Positions 17,545 through 28,341 of a stretch of DNA of 64,000 nucleotides are shown here, piece by piece. How positions within the stretch are numbered: the first letter of the stretch is position 1; the number at the start of each line of letters is the position of its first letter. Location of the stretch: positions 107,861 to 171,860 of the forward strand of contig JAJRPF010000070.1 in NCBI GenBank assembly GCA_024280885.1. Reading direction: 5' to 3'. This DNA comes from Planctomycetota bacterium (GTDB lineage Bacteria; Planctomycetota; JAJSAM01; JAJVHW01). Position numbers and translations under genes: made by a program. Under the pieces are notes generated by a model that made no database searches, was not told the origin of the DNA, and was given only the letters and a program-made list of their open reading frames with translations.

Positions 17545-18918
17545 GTGAGTACGAACGAAGCCCCCCCGCACGCGATGGACGTCCTCCTGGTCGAGGACGA
17601 GAAGACGATTGCGATCACCTTGCGTGATGCACTCGAAGAGGACGGCCACAACGTCACCGTGGCCTGCGATGGCCTCGAGGGGCGCCGCCACATCGAGGAC
17701 CGCACGTACGACGTCGTGATCACGGACCTCAAGATGCCCGGGATGCCGGGGATGGAGGTCCTGCGCCTCGCGAAGAGCAACTCGCCGGATACCGAGGTCA
17801 TCGTAATGACCGGCTACGGCACCGTCGAGACCGCCGTCGAGGCGATGAAGTCGGGTGCCTACGAGTACATCTTGAAGCCCTTCTCGAACGAGGAGGTCGT
17901 GCACTACCTGCGGCGCATCGCCGCGCAACGCAAGTTGGTCGCAGAGAACCGCTCGCTGAAGGAACAACTCGGCCGCGCCCAGAGTCTGGAAGGGCTGATC
18001 GGTCAGTCGCGCCCCATGCGCGAGGTTTTCCAGACCATCCGCCTCGTCGCGCCGGGCGACGCGCGCATCCTGGTCGTCGGCGAGAGTGGTACGGGCAAGG
18101 AACTCGTCGCGCGCGCCATCCACAATCTCTCCGAGCGCCGCGCGAAGCCGCTGGTTGCGATCTCGTGCGCGTCGGTTCCAGAGACGCTGCTCGAGGACAC
18201 GCTCTTCGGCCACGAGGCGGGCGCGTACACAGGGGCGACCGACCGTCGCATCGGGCGCTTCGAGTACGCCGATGGCGGGACCGTGTTGCTCGATGACATC
18301 GACGACATGCCGCTCTCCACGCAGGTGAAGCTCCTGCGCGTCCTGCAAGAGGGCGAGGTGGAGCGGCTTGGGTCCGCCGCGCCGCTCCACGTCGACGTGC
18401 GCGTGATCGCTGCGACGAAGGTCGATCTTCTCGATGCGGTCGAAGACGGTCGCTTTCGCCGTGATCTCTACTATCGCCTGAACGTCGTCCCCATCGAGCT
18501 GCCCCCGCTGCGCGATCGCGAGGACGATCTCAAGCTACTGGCGCAGCACTTCATCGAGTGCTTCGGTAAGAAGACGGCGTTCCGGATCGAAGACGAACTC
18601 GTCGACGAGATGCTGCGCTACTCGTGGCCAGGGAACGTCCGCGAACTCGAGCACTCGATCGAGCGTGCGATCGCGCTGGCGGGCGGCAACGAGGTACTGC
18701 AGCGGGTCCACATTCTCGGAACGAAGGCCGTCCCCACGCGTCGCGCCGCGCCTGCGCGCGTCACCACGCTGCGCGAAGCCGTCGAGGAGGCCGAGAAGGG
18801 GGCGATCCGCGCCGCTCTCGAACACACCGGCGGCCGCAAGGCCGAGGCCGCGAAGGTCCTGGGCATCTCCCGCAAGAATCTGTGGGAGAAGATGAAGGCG
18901 TACGAACTCGAGGCCTGA
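17545..18918 (+). CDS. Sigma-54-dependent response regulator (NtrC family: REC + AAA+ + Fis HTH)
   Basis: Receiver motifs (DVLLVEDE, VITDLKMPGM), AAA+ GESGTGKE, GAFTGA-like (GHEAGAYTGA) and a C-terminal HTH. Confidence 0.85.
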   Translation: MSTNEAPPHAMDVLLVEDEKTIAITLRDALEEDGHNVTVACDGLEGRRHIEDRTYDVVITDLKMPGMPGMEVLRLAKSNSPDTEVIVMTGYGTVETAVEAMKSGAYEYILKPFSNEEVVHYLRRIAAQRKLVAENRSLKEQLGRAQSLEGLIGQSRPMREVFQTIRLVAPGDARILVVGESGTGKELVARAIHNLSERRAKPLVAISCASVPETLLEDTLFGHEAGAYTGATDRRIGRFEYADGGTVLLDDIDDMPLSTQVKLLRVLQEGEVERLGSAAPLHVDVRVIAATKVDLLDAVEDGRFRRDLYYRLNVVPIELPPLRDREDDLKLLAQHFIECFGKKTAFRIEDELVDEMLRYSWPGNVRELEHSIERAIALAGGNEVLQRVHILGTKAVPTRRAAPARVTTLREAVEEAEKGAIRAALEHTGGRKAEAAKVLGISRKNLWEKMKAYELEA

Positions 18919-19022
18919 GCGAGGGTCTCCGTCGCGGCGCGATCACGCCGGACGAGAGACCCGGTGCCGACGTGACGGCGCCGCTCCGGCCTCACGCAGT
19001 TGCGGGCCTGAGTGAGTGAGTC

Positions 19023-19895
19023 TCAGTCGCGCGTGAGCCAGTCGTCCTCGATTGCAACGGCCGCCTCGTGCTCCGCTCCCTCGACGTAGAGGGTCGGCTC
19101 GAGCCATCCGGCGGTGTCCGAGAACGCCCCGGTCGGCGTGCCCATCAGCGATCCGGACTCCGGCGCGACGTCTTCGGCATCGGCCCACTCGGCATCGTCG
19201 AAGTCGGTGGCGTCGTGCGCGGCGAATGAACTCGGATCGGAGGCGCCGGAGGCGAGTCGCCCTTCGAGCGCCATTGCTGCGGCCATTGGCGAGCCGCGCG
19301 AGACGCCATCGTCCGCGTCGTCCGGCGCCTGCTCGTCGCAATCCTCGAACTCGGTATCCCAGGCGCGCTCTTCACCGGGGCCAGTGCCGCCGTGGAAGCT
19401 CAGTTCGCCCTCGAAGACGGGGTCGCCCACGCGCACCTCGCGCGCACTGCCGTACTCCTCGAGCGACAGGATCTGCCCGGTCTCCTCGTCCTCGAAGACG
19501 CGGTAGCGCACGCGGTCACTGGTCGTCCCCGTCTCGCCGAAATGACGCACGGCGCAGGCCCCTTGGTCCGCGATCCGGAAGTCCTCATCTTCGGGGCCGC
19601 GCTGCACGTCCTGATCCCAGGCGACCTTGACGTCGCTGCGGACACGCTCGAGGGCGAACCCGTCGGCGACATCGCCACCCGCCACCAGGATCGCGATGCT
19701 CTTGTCCTCCGCCCGCAGGCGATATTGATACACGAGGCGCTCGCCCCGCGTCTGGACGCGAGTTCCGATCACGCGGTAGCGCGTGTCGTAGTGCGAGAGC
19801 TCGTCACCGGGGAGGAGGCCCAGCGGACCCTTGGGGTCGAGCTTGGCCTGATCTCGTCGTGCAATCAGTGAGGTGAAGCGGTCGAAAATGCCCAC
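19023..19895 (-). CDS. Hypothetical acidic protein
   Basis: Clean region of track ORF 19023..20792 begins at a GTG (19895) with GGAGAG 5 nt upstream. Highly acidic, non-shadow composition. Confidence 0.5.
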   Translation of the reverse strand: MGIFDRFTSLIARRDQAKLDPKGPLGLLPGDELSHYDTRYRVIGTRVQTRGERLVYQYRLRAEDKSIAILVAGGDVADGFALERVRSDVKVAWDQDVQRGPEDEDFRIADQGACAVRHFGETGTTSDRVRYRVFEDEETGQILSLEEYGSAREVRVGDPVFEGELSFHGGTGPGEERAWDTEFEDCDEQAPDDADDGVSRGSPMAAAMALEGRLASGASDPSSFAAHDATDFDDAEWADAEDVAPESGSLMGTPTGAFSDTAGWLEPTLYVEGAEHEAAVAIEDDWLTRD

Positions 19896-19964
19896 GGATC
19901 TCTCCAAGTTGTGTGTGCAGGGGTAACCTCCCATCGGCCTGAACGTGCCGGGAGGTGAAGTACC

Positions 19965-20738
19965 GTGATCGAGCCTGAGTTGGAGCGTGACGGAGAGGGG
20001 GGCGACTGCGACGAGACGGGCGTCGTGCTCTTCGTGAGCGACACGCACCTGACTCCGGCGTTCCCCGAGGGCATCGACCGCTTCCTGCGCTTCCTTCGCG
20101 GTCCGTGCGCCGCCGCCTCGCGCGTGATCCTGCTCGGCGACCTCTTCGATTTCTGGGTATCGCCTTCCCAGGCTCGGACGCCGGCGTTGGCGCGCATACT
20201 GACGGGGCTCTCGCGCCTCGCCGCGACGGGCGTTGATGTGGGGTTCGTTGAGGGCAACCGCGACTTCGCGGCGTCGCCCGAATTGCGCGCTGCGGGCGTG
20301 CGGAGCTTGCCTGACGTGGGCGTGCTGACCAGCGGAGGACGCCGGGTTGCATTCACGCACGGGGATCTGCTGTGTACGCGCGACGTGCGCTACCAAGCGC
20401 TGCGGCGGGTCGCGCGGACGCAGATCGTGCGTCATGTGTTGCGCGTGTTGCCGGAACGAGCGGCGATTAGCCTCGGCGAGGGCGCGCGCGAGGGCAGTCG
20501 ACGCGAGACCACACGCAAGGCCGAGGGCGATATGGGATTGGTGCCAGAGGCGGTCGCCGCGCTCCTTCGCGACCGCAACGCCGACGCGTTGGTCTGCGGG
20601 CACGTGCACTGGGGGCGGCGCTACAGCCTCGCGGTCGAGGGCACGCCGCGCGACGTTGTCGTGCTGTCGGCCTGGGAGGACGCAGGCACGTACGCTCGCG
20701 TCGAGGCCGGCTGCGTGGACTTCGTCCGCTTCGCGTGA
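19965..20738 (+). CDS. Calcineurin-like metallophosphoesterase, LpxH-like (UDP-2,3-diacylglucosamine diphosphatase family)
   Basis: FVSDTHL, GDLFDFW, GNRD and GHVH metallophosphatase motifs. Confidence 0.7.
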   Translation: MIEPELERDGEGGDCDETGVVLFVSDTHLTPAFPEGIDRFLRFLRGPCAAASRVILLGDLFDFWVSPSQARTPALARILTGLSRLAATGVDVGFVEGNRDFAASPELRAAGVRSLPDVGVLTSGGRRVAFTHGDLLCTRDVRYQALRRVARTQIVRHVLRVLPERAAISLGEGAREGSRRETTRKAEGDMGLVPEAVAALLRDRNADALVCGHVHWGRRYSLAVEGTPRDVVVLSAWEDAGTYARVEAGCVDFVRFA

Positions 20739-20878
20739 TGTGCGCGCCGCAGCGGTTCCTCGGAGGAGTCCGCGCGAGCCGAAAGTCTCCAAAAGACCCC
20801 GAAACGGGTCCGATTAGCTCGCGCGGCTCTTCGCGACCGGCGTATTCTCCTGGGCTTGTTCCTCGTCCGCAGGCCGGA

Positions 20879-21586
20879 ATGTCCATGAGATCGCGTCTCA
20901 TCATCGCCATCGACGGACCCGCCGGCGCGGGTAAGAGCACGGTTGCACGCCAGTTGGCGCGGCGACTCGGGTATCGCTTCCTGGACACAGGAGCGCTCTA
21001 CCGGGCTGTCACGTTTGCGGCGCTGCGGGCCGGGCTCGCGCCCTCGGACGAGGAGCAGGTCGCCGCACTCGCGCGGACGATGGATCTGAGGCTCGAGAAC
21101 GAGCCGGACGGTTCACGCGTCTTGCTCGGGGGTGACGACATATCTACCGAGATCCGTGGCCCCGACGTAACGACGGCGGTCTCCACGGTGGCCGCATTGC
21201 CGCGTGTCCGTGCGGCGATGGTTCCTCTTCAGAGGGCTGTCGCCAAAGACGGAGGCGTGGTCGCGGAAGGTCGTGACATCGGAACGGTCGTCTTCCAGGA
21301 CGCCGACTTGAAGTTCTACCTCGATGCCGATCCCGCCGTGCGGGCCGGCCGCCGCGCTCTCGAGAGCGGCGAAGGGGACGTGGCACGCGTGCACCGCGAG
21401 ATGGCGGAGCGCGATCGCGACGACCGAGAACGAGAGGCCTCGCCGCTACGTGCGGCCGACGATGCGATCCGCATCGACTCGACCGCGCTCTCGTTGGACG
21501 CGGTCGTGGAGCAAATCCTGGAAGCGGTCGAAGGTAGATTGAACGCCGATGAGTTGAATGCCGACGGGCGGGCACGCGATGAGTGA
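20879..21586 (+). CDS. cmk: Cytidylate kinase
   Basis: IIAIDGPAGAGKSTVARQLARRLGYRFLDTGALYRAV. Upstream part of the track ORF is a shadow. Confidence 0.85.
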   Translation: MSMRSRLIIAIDGPAGAGKSTVARQLARRLGYRFLDTGALYRAVTFAALRAGLAPSDEEQVAALARTMDLRLENEPDGSRVLLGGDDISTEIRGPDVTTAVSTVAALPRVRAAMVPLQRAVAKDGGVVAEGRDIGTVVFQDADLKFYLDADPAVRAGRRALESGEGDVARVHREMAERDRDDREREASPLRAADDAIRIDSTALSLDAVVEQILEAVEGRLNADELNADGRARDE

Positions 21587-22334
21587 GCCCGGAACGGAGC
21601 GACAGGGACTGGGCTCGCAACAGGGGCTGGTAACGGACGACATGACGCCGGTCGAGCGCAAGCTCGCGATCGGCGAGGCGGCCACGCCCAGCCCGTTCTG
21701 GTACTGGCTCGCGACGTTCTTGTCGCGCTGGGTCGGGCGCATCTTCTGGGGCGCGCGCGTCTCGGGGACGCACCACGTTCCGGCCGAAGGCGCGCTCATC
21801 ATCGCGGTCACCCACGAGTCGGTTCTCGACCCGCCCTTCGCGTCGGGTTTCGTCCGCCGCAAGATGCGCTTTCTCGCGCGCAGCTCGCTCTTCGGACCCG
21901 AAGGCGAATACTCCGCTTGGGGGCGCTTTCTGCTCAAGCTGGGCGCGGTGCCCATCGAGCGAGGCGGCGGCGCACGCGCCACGTTGCGGACCGCGCGGAA
22001 GCTCTTGCGACGCGGCGACGCGGTGCTGATCTTCCCCGAGGGCACGCGTTCGACGGATGGGGAAGTGCAGCCATTCCGGCGCGGGATCGGGCTGATGGCG
22101 CGCTCGGCAAAGTGCGCGGTCTTGCCGGTCTCGCTCCACGGCAGCCGACGGATCTGGCCGAAGGGGCGGAAGTTCCCGCGCATCTTCGGCGGCCCCGTCC
22201 ACGTGAAGATCGGGGCGCCACTCACCTTCGACAAGACGACCTCGGCCGAGGAAATCGCCACGCAACTGCGTGACGTCATCCTCAAGCTGCGTGGAACCGA
22301 TGCCGGAGACGGTGGTCGGGACCATGCCGACTGA
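21579..22334 (+). CDS. plsC: 1-acyl-sn-glycerol-3-phosphate acyltransferase
   Basis: VTHESVLDPP (HxxxxD) and FPEGTRS motifs. Overlaps the cmk stop. Confidence 0.8.
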   Translation: MSEPGTERQGLGSQQGLVTDDMTPVERKLAIGEAATPSPFWYWLATFLSRWVGRIFWGARVSGTHHVPAEGALIIAVTHESVLDPPFASGFVRRKMRFLARSSLFGPEGEYSAWGRFLLKLGAVPIERGGGARATLRTARKLLRRGDAVLIFPEGTRSTDGEVQPFRRGIGLMARSAKCAVLPVSLHGSRRIWPKGRKFPRIFGGPVHVKIGAPLTFDKTTSAEEIATQLRDVILKLRGTDAGDGGRDHAD

Positions 22335-22335
22335 T

Positions 22336-22410
22336 CGACTGCCACGATTGACTGGCAAGACTGGCTGACTGGCAAGACCGACTGACAAGACTGAACAAAT
22401 GACCAAGATG
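22336..22410. repeat. Degenerate tandem direct repeats (unit ~TGACTGGCAAGAC, ~4-5 copies) in the plsC-rpsA intergenic leader
   Basis: Read directly: cgactgccacga / tgactggcaagac / tgactggcaagac / cgactgacaagac / tgaacaaatgaccaaga. Confidence 0.5.
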
Positions 22411-22655
22411 GTCGCGCGATGAGACCTCCGCCGGTGACGGTGCGGAACTCGGCGCGGCCCCCGATGGCGGCCTCTCACAGTGAGGGGCGATCGGGTACGA
22501 AAGAGAAGACCGAGAGCCGTAGTTCACGCAATGGACTGGGGCTCGGAACCCACAAACGCTCTCCGCCTCGGCGGAGATGACCGTCGCATGATGTTTCCCG
22601 GAAACCCTGCATCGCAGGTACGCGGGTGACTCGGCCCTGGAGGGGCCACCTGATC

Positions 22656-24353
22656 ATGAATCCCAAAGAACTCCTGAAGCGCGTTGACATCCCCAAGGAC
22701 CGCCTCGAAGAGGAAGTCGAGAGCGCATTCGCGGCCTCCGGCCTCACCGACGGTTATGAGGACACGGTCAACGCGTTCTCCACGGATACGGTCCTGAAGG
22801 GCCGCGTGCTCGACATCATCAACGACGATGTGATCGTCGATGTCGGCTACAAGTCCGAGGGCATCATCCCCAAGTGGGAATTCGAGAACCCCGAGGACAT
22901 CGACATCGGCGACGAGGTCGAGGTGCTGCTCGAGGCCGTCGAGGACGAGACCGGAGCCATCGTGCTCAGCAAGCGCAAGGCCGATCGCCTACGCGGCTGG
23001 GAACGGGTCATCGCCAACAACAACGAAGGCGATGCCGTGCGCGGCAAGGTCATGCGCAAGATCAAGGGTGGCCTGGTCGTCGACATCGGCGTTCCGGTCT
23101 TCCTCCCGGCCTCCCAGGTTTCCATCCGCCGTCATGCGGATATCTCCGAGTTCATCGGACAGGAGATCGAGGGCAAGATCATCAAGATCGACGAGAGCCG
23201 CATGAACATCGTCATCTCGCGTCGCCGCCTCATCGAGGAACAGCGCGACTCCATGAAGCGTCAGCTCATGGACGAGATCGCCGAGGGCCAAGTGCGGCGC
23301 GGCATCGTCAAGAACATCGCCGACTTCGGCGCGTTCGTCGACCTGGGCGGGATCGACGGTCTGCTCCACATCACCGACATGAGCTGGGGCCGCGTCGGTC
23401 ACCCGAGCGAGGTCGTGAAGATCGAGCAGGAGCTCGACGTCGTGATCCTGAAGGTCGATCGCGATCGCGAGCGCATCGCGCTCGGTCTCAAGCAGCTCAC
23501 GCCGTCGCCTTGGAAGAAGGTCGACGAGCGCTACCCGCTCGGCACGCGTGTCGATGGCGAGGTCACGAACATCGTCAACTACGGCGCGTTCGTCAAGCTG
23601 GAGGAGGGCCTCGAGGGCCTCGTCCACATCTCCGAGATGTCCTGGACCAAGCGCATCAACCACCCGAGCGAGCTGCTCACGGTGGGCGAAAAGGTCGAGG
23701 TCATCGTGCTCGACATCAACAAGGAGAAGAAGGAGATCAGTCTCGGCATGAAGCAGACCGAGACGAATCCCTGGGATCTCGTCGAGAGCAAGTACCCGAC
23801 CGGAACGATGATCGAGGGCGAGGTGCGCAACCTCACCAACTACGGCGCGTTCATCGAGATCGAGGAGGGCATCGATGGCCTCCTGCACGTCTCGGATATG
23901 TCCTGGACGAAGAAGGTCTCGCATCCGAGCGAGGTCCTCGAGAAGGGCGACAAGGTCAAGGCCGTCGTCCTCTCCGTCGACCAGGACAAGAAGCGCGTGG
24001 CACTCGGCGTGAAGCAGCTGCTCTCCGACCCGTGGCGCGACGACATCCCGATGCGTTATGGCATCGGTACGATCGTGGACGGCAAGGTCACGAAGCTCAC
24101 GAACTTCGGCGTTTTCGTCGAACTCGAGGAGGGCCTCGAGGGTCTGCTCCACGTCTCGGAACTGACGGAGGATCGCGAGGTCGCTCCCGAGGAGATCGTG
24201 AAGGTTGGCGACGAGGTGCAGGTCAAGGTCATCCGGGTGGACCCGGAGGATCGCAAGATCGGCCTCACCTTGATGGGCGGCGAGGAAAGCGAAGCGGTCG
24301 AAGACCCCGTCGACCTCTCGCGCGATCGCAAGAGCGAGCGCCCCAAGAAGTAG
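22656..24353 (+). CDS. rpsA: 30S ribosomal protein S1
   Basis: Six S1 domains (repeated GxVxxIxxFGAFVxL motifs). Confidence 0.9.
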   Translation: MNPKELLKRVDIPKDRLEEEVESAFAASGLTDGYEDTVNAFSTDTVLKGRVLDIINDDVIVDVGYKSEGIIPKWEFENPEDIDIGDEVEVLLEAVEDETGAIVLSKRKADRLRGWERVIANNNEGDAVRGKVMRKIKGGLVVDIGVPVFLPASQVSIRRHADISEFIGQEIEGKIIKIDESRMNIVISRRRLIEEQRDSMKRQLMDEIAEGQVRRGIVKNIADFGAFVDLGGIDGLLHITDMSWGRVGHPSEVVKIEQELDVVILKVDRDRERIALGLKQLTPSPWKKVDERYPLGTRVDGEVTNIVNYGAFVKLEEGLEGLVHISEMSWTKRINHPSELLTVGEKVEVIVLDINKEKKEISLGMKQTETNPWDLVESKYPTGTMIEGEVRNLTNYGAFIEIEEGIDGLLHVSDMSWTKKVSHPSEVLEKGDKVKAVVLSVDQDKKRVALGVKQLLSDPWRDDIPMRYGIGTIVDGKVTKLTNFGVFVELEEGLEGLLHVSELTEDREVAPEEIVKVGDEVQVKVIRVDPEDRKIGLTLMGGEESEAVEDPVDLSRDRKSERPKK

Positions 24354-24410
24354 TAGTACGAGCGAAGTAGAGCCGTGCGAGGCGCAGTTGTGAAAGGGCA
24401 GTCGAACGTC

Positions 24411-25445
24411 ATGCAGAGCATCCGTTCCACCGCTGTCCCCGCAATGACTGCGATCCGTTACAAGAAGTCGAGGGTCGTCACGAGAGTGGCGACCCTCTTC
24501 GCATTCCTGTTGGGCGTGGCGCTGCAACTTCCGGGTTGCGCGCTCTTCGGGCTGGGGGACGAGAACCCCGAGGACGGGATCAGTTCGGCGCCCCTGATCT
24601 CGATGGCGGAAGAACTTGATGAGCGCTCTGCCGCCGCCGAGTCCGCACTCGCGGCGGCGACCCAGGCGTGGCGCGACGGCGACGCCCTCGGGGCGATGTC
24701 GATCGCGAATGCGGCCTTGCGCGAGGGCGCGCCCGACGAGTACGAGACGAAGTTGCGCGCGCTACGCAGCCGGGCGCGCGAGGCGCTCGTGACGTCGAAG
24801 ATTGCGCGCCTCTCCGTCCTACCAGCACGCGACGCCGTCGCTGACGGGACCGAGGTTCTCGGTACGGTCCACGTCCGCAACCTTAGCAGCGCACCGCTCA
24901 CCATTCCCGCGACTGCGGACGACTCGTCCACGTCACAGGTCGTGCTCGCCGTGCTGCGCGAGGACTTCGATCTCTACGGCAACATGCGCCGTACGGAGTT
25001 CAACGTGCGCATTCCGCTCGAAGAAGATCTCGTACTCGCGGCGGGCGGCGTCGCTGACATTCCGATCGCGATCCCATCCGAGCACGTACGTCTCTCGCAC
25101 ACCGGTTTCGCAGTGTTGAAGATCGGTGGACACCTGCGTCCCGTGGTCATCCGGATCGGAGCGACCGAGTTCTTCGACGCGCTCGATCTTGACGACGCCA
25201 CGGTCCGGATCTTCATGGATGGCTTCGAGCAGCTCGCGGCCGATCCGTTCGCGTCGTTGCAACGCGCGGTCTCGAAGCGTTCCCCGCCGCATATCCTGAC
25301 GGCGGCCGAGTTGCTGGCTCCAGACGAGCGCTCGCGCGCGGCGGCGTTCTTGCTGGAGTCGGCCGACGCGGATCCCGACCTGGCCTTCGTCTGCCTTGCG
25401 GCCGCCGCTCGTCTGAAGCAGATGCTGGCCGACGAGCCGAGGTAG
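24411..25445 (+). CDS. Hypothetical lipoprotein
   Basis: Signal peptide plus lipobox LQLPGC. Start ambiguous (24375, 24411 or 24444). Confidence 0.5.
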   Translation: MQSIRSTAVPAMTAIRYKKSRVVTRVATLFAFLLGVALQLPGCALFGLGDENPEDGISSAPLISMAEELDERSAAAESALAAATQAWRDGDALGAMSIANAALREGAPDEYETKLRALRSRAREALVTSKIARLSVLPARDAVADGTEVLGTVHVRNLSSAPLTIPATADDSSTSQVVLAVLREDFDLYGNMRRTEFNVRIPLEEDLVLAAGGVADIPIAIPSEHVRLSHTGFAVLKIGGHLRPVVIRIGATEFFDALDLDDATVRIFMDGFEQLAADPFASLQRAVSKRSPPHILTAAELLAPDERSRAAAFLLESADADPDLAFVCLAAAARLKQMLADEPR

Positions 25446-25446
25446 G

Positions 25447-26670
25447 GTGGCCGCCATGGCGCACGACTTCCTGCCCGTCGACGAGCAACTCGCGCGCATC
25501 AAGCGCGGTGCCGAGGACGTCTTTCCCGAAGACGAACTCCGCAAGAAGCTCGAGAAGAGTCGCGCGACCGGGACACCACTGCGTGTGAAACTCGGCGTCG
25601 ATCCGACGGCGCCGGATCTGACACTCGGCAACGCCGTTCCGCTGTGGAAGTTGCGCACGTTCCAGGATCTCGGACATGTCGCCGTGCTCATCATCGGCGA
25701 CTACACGGCGCAGGTGGGGGACCCATCTGGCCGCAACTCTCTGCGTCCGATGTTGACGGCGGAAGACGTCGCCGCACACGCGCAGACGTACATCGATCAA
25801 CTCGATCGCATCCTGCTGAAGGAGCGTCTCGAGATCCGCCGCAACGGCGAGTGGTTCGCCGCCATGAACTTCATGGAGGTCATGCAACTTGCGGGTCGCA
25901 TGACGGTGGCGCAGATGCTCGAGCGCGACGACTTCAACAAGCGCTACACGTCGCAGCAGCCGATCTCGGTCCACGAGTTCCTCTACCCGCTGATGCAGGG
26001 CTGGGACTCGGTCGTCATCCGTTCCGACGTCGAACTCGGTGGCTCCGACCAGCGCTTCAACCTGATCGTCGGACGCGACATGCAGCGCTCGGACGGACAG
26101 GCGCCGCAGGCGATCGTCATCAACCCGCTCGTCCCTGGCACCGACGGCGTGATCAAGATGTCGAAGAGCAAGGGCAACTACGTCGGCGTGACCGAGGCGC
26201 CATCCGAGCAATTCGGCAAGTGCATGAGCGTTCCCGACACCATGCTGCGCCCGTGGCTGACATGCTTCACCGATGTGGACGAGGCGCAGATCGACGCACT
26301 TTGTAACGGCGACAAGACGCACCCGCGCGACGCGAAGGAAGCGATGGCGAAGGGCGTCGTCACCCGCTACTGGGGCGCCGCTGCCGCAGACGAAGCCGCC
26401 GCCGGTTTCCGGCGCGTCTTCGCGCAGGGCAAGCTCCCGGACGACATGCCCGAGCTGACGATCCCGGCGGGCGGCCTGCCCCTGGTCGAAATCCTCACGT
26501 CGGAGACGCTCGCGTTCGCGAAGAGCCGCGGCGAGGCCCGTCGCCTCGTCAAGCAAGGTGGCGTCAAGATCGACGACGTGAAGCAGGACGACGCCGAAGC
26601 CATCATCGACCCGACGGACGAAGTTGTCCTGAAGGTCGGCAAGCGCCGCTTCGCGAAGCTCGTTCGCTGA
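25447..26670 (+). CDS. tyrS: Tyrosyl-tRNA synthetase
   Basis: KMSKSKGN motif and C-terminal S4 domain. Confidence 0.9.
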   Translation: MAAMAHDFLPVDEQLARIKRGAEDVFPEDELRKKLEKSRATGTPLRVKLGVDPTAPDLTLGNAVPLWKLRTFQDLGHVAVLIIGDYTAQVGDPSGRNSLRPMLTAEDVAAHAQTYIDQLDRILLKERLEIRRNGEWFAAMNFMEVMQLAGRMTVAQMLERDDFNKRYTSQQPISVHEFLYPLMQGWDSVVIRSDVELGGSDQRFNLIVGRDMQRSDGQAPQAIVINPLVPGTDGVIKMSKSKGNYVGVTEAPSEQFGKCMSVPDTMLRPWLTCFTDVDEAQIDALCNGDKTHPRDAKEAMAKGVVTRYWGAAAADEAAAGFRRVFAQGKLPDDMPELTIPAGGLPLVEILTSETLAFAKSRGEARRLVKQGGVKIDDVKQDDAEAIIDPTDEVVLKVGKRRFAKLVR

Positions 26671-26778
26671 CACAGGGTCGGGCGACGGTCGCCGAATGGC
26701 ACTTCGGCGGACCGCGCACCGAAGAAGCGTGCAAAATGACTGTCCCCGGGCGCCGGTCCGCGGCGTTCCGGGGTTGTC

Positions 26779-28341
26779 ATGAGCGATCTTCCACACACAG
26801 CCGACATCTCGATCCACGTACTTCTCGACCATCACAAGTGGGTGTTGCATCTCGCGCGAGCCCTCTCGCGGGACGATGCCTCGGCGGCGGACCTGGCGCA
26901 GGATGCGTGGGTGCGCGCCCTTGAGCGCCCTCCCGCGCACGGTGGGGCGCTGCGCGCCTGGTTCGGGACCGTCGTTCGCAACCTCGCTCGCGATCGCGCG
27001 CGATCCGCCGAGCGACGAGAACGGCGGGAGAGTGCTCCAGGCCGTGGCTCGGACTCGGGCGATGCGGCGGTTCTCGTCGCGCGGGCCGAGGCGCATGCGC
27101 GTGCCGTGGACGCGGTGGTTGCGCTGCAGGAGCCGTATCGCACGACGGTGTTGATCCATTACTTCGAGGGCGCGCCGCTCGGCGAGGTCGCCGAGCGAAT
27201 GGACGTATCCCGGGACGCGGCGAAGAAGCGGCTGCAGCGTGCGCACGTGATGTTGCGCAGAGCGCTCGACGACGCGCACGACGGCGACCGGAGAGCGTGG
27301 CTCGTACCGCTGCTTGCGGTGGGCGATTGGGGTGCGCCTCCCGTGGCGCGTACGCGACTCCGCACGGCGGCGACCGGGGTCTCGGTCGCTGTGGGCCTTG
27401 CGGTCGTCGCGACTCTCTCCTGGCGCGCTCTCGACGGACGGGAGTTCGGAGTCGATGACGGCGTTGCGTCGCCGGCGAGCGTGGCGACAGCGACCGACGC
27501 CACGATGCCCGTACCGCATGGCTCGGGTGGTCTGCAACCGGATGCGACGGCCCGGAGTGACGACGCGCGATCGGCTTCGAGGGGGCCGGGTGAAGCGGTC
27601 GGCCCGGCCGAGGTCGGCCGCGCAGAAATCTCGTACGGGTTCCGAATCGAGGACGAAGCCGGATCGCCGCTCTCAGGCGTGTCGCTCTCTGCATTCGTCG
27701 AACCCGAGAGGACCGCGTTCGACGACATCGAGGCCGTGCTCTGGGCGTCCCGGGTGATCCCCGCTCCCGACGTGACCGCGTCCACGGATGCGGGCGGGTT
27801 CGCCCGGATCGCGTGGCCCTCGAGTCCGCAGATGAGCGCGCTCGTTGTCGTGCGCCGAACCGGATTCGCGGAAGCGAGAACTCGCGTCGGGCGCAGCGAT
27901 GCGGGGCGCGGTGCTCCAGTCCGTGTTCTCACACTCGGTCGCGCTCACGTCCTGCGCGGTCGCATCGTGGGGGCCGAGGGCGTTGGTCGTTCCGACCTGG
28001 TGGTCCATGCCTCGCCGGTGCTGGGCGTCGGTGGCCTGGAGGAGTACGTTGCACGCCGGGTCGTCGAGACCTCCAGCGGCGGGTGGTTCGAGATCGAGGA
28101 CGTCGCGGCTGGCGATTGGGCAGTCTTCGTGCGCGGTCGCGACATGGTGCGGTCGCGCGTGGCGACGGTCCGTGTGCCGGACTCCGAGGCCGTGGTGATC
28201 CGGTTGTCGCGCGGAACGACCATCTCCGGCTCTCTCACCGATGCCGAGACGGGCGCTCCGCTCGCTGGCGTTAGGGTGGCGATCTTGGCGCAGACGGACG
28301 AAGCCTGGCCCATGCGAGTGCAGGGTGACCACTGCGGTTGA
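26779..28341 (+). CDS. ECF (sigma-70 family) sigma factor fused to transmembrane segment and extracytoplasmic carboxypeptidase-regulatory-like repeats, part 1
   Basis: Region 2 (DLAQDAWVRALE) and region 4 (PYRTTVLIHYFEGAPLGEVAERMDVSRDAAKKRLQRAH), then TM helix VSVAVGLAVVATLSW, then beta-repeat domains. Frame ends in the middle of a repeat. Confidence 0.6.
   Translation: MSDLPHTADISIHVLLDHHKWVLHLARALSRDDASAADLAQDAWVRALERPPAHGGALRAWFGTVVRNLARDRARSAERRERRESAPGRGSDSGDAAVLVARAEAHARAVDAVVALQEPYRTTVLIHYFEGAPLGEVAERMDVSRDAAKKRLQRAHVMLRRALDDAHDGDRRAWLVPLLAVGDWGAPPVARTRLRTAATGVSVAVGLAVVATLSWRALDGREFGVDDGVASPASVATATDATMPVPHGSGGLQPDATARSDDARSASRGPGEAVGPAEVGRAEISYGFRIEDEAGSPLSGVSLSAFVEPERTAFDDIEAVLWASRVIPAPDVTASTDAGGFARIAWPSSPQMSALVVVRRTGFAEARTRVGRSDAGRGAPVRVLTLGRAHVLRGRIVGAEGVGRSDLVVHASPVLGVGGLEEYVARRVVETSSGGWFEIEDVAAGDWAVFVRGRDMVRSRVATVRVPDSEAVVIRLSRGTTISGSLTDAETGAPLAGVRVAILAQTDEAWPMRVQGDHCG

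Noticed and set aside
22336-22410. CRISPR array
   Set aside because: The repeats are only ~13 nt, degenerate, and contiguous with no spacers.
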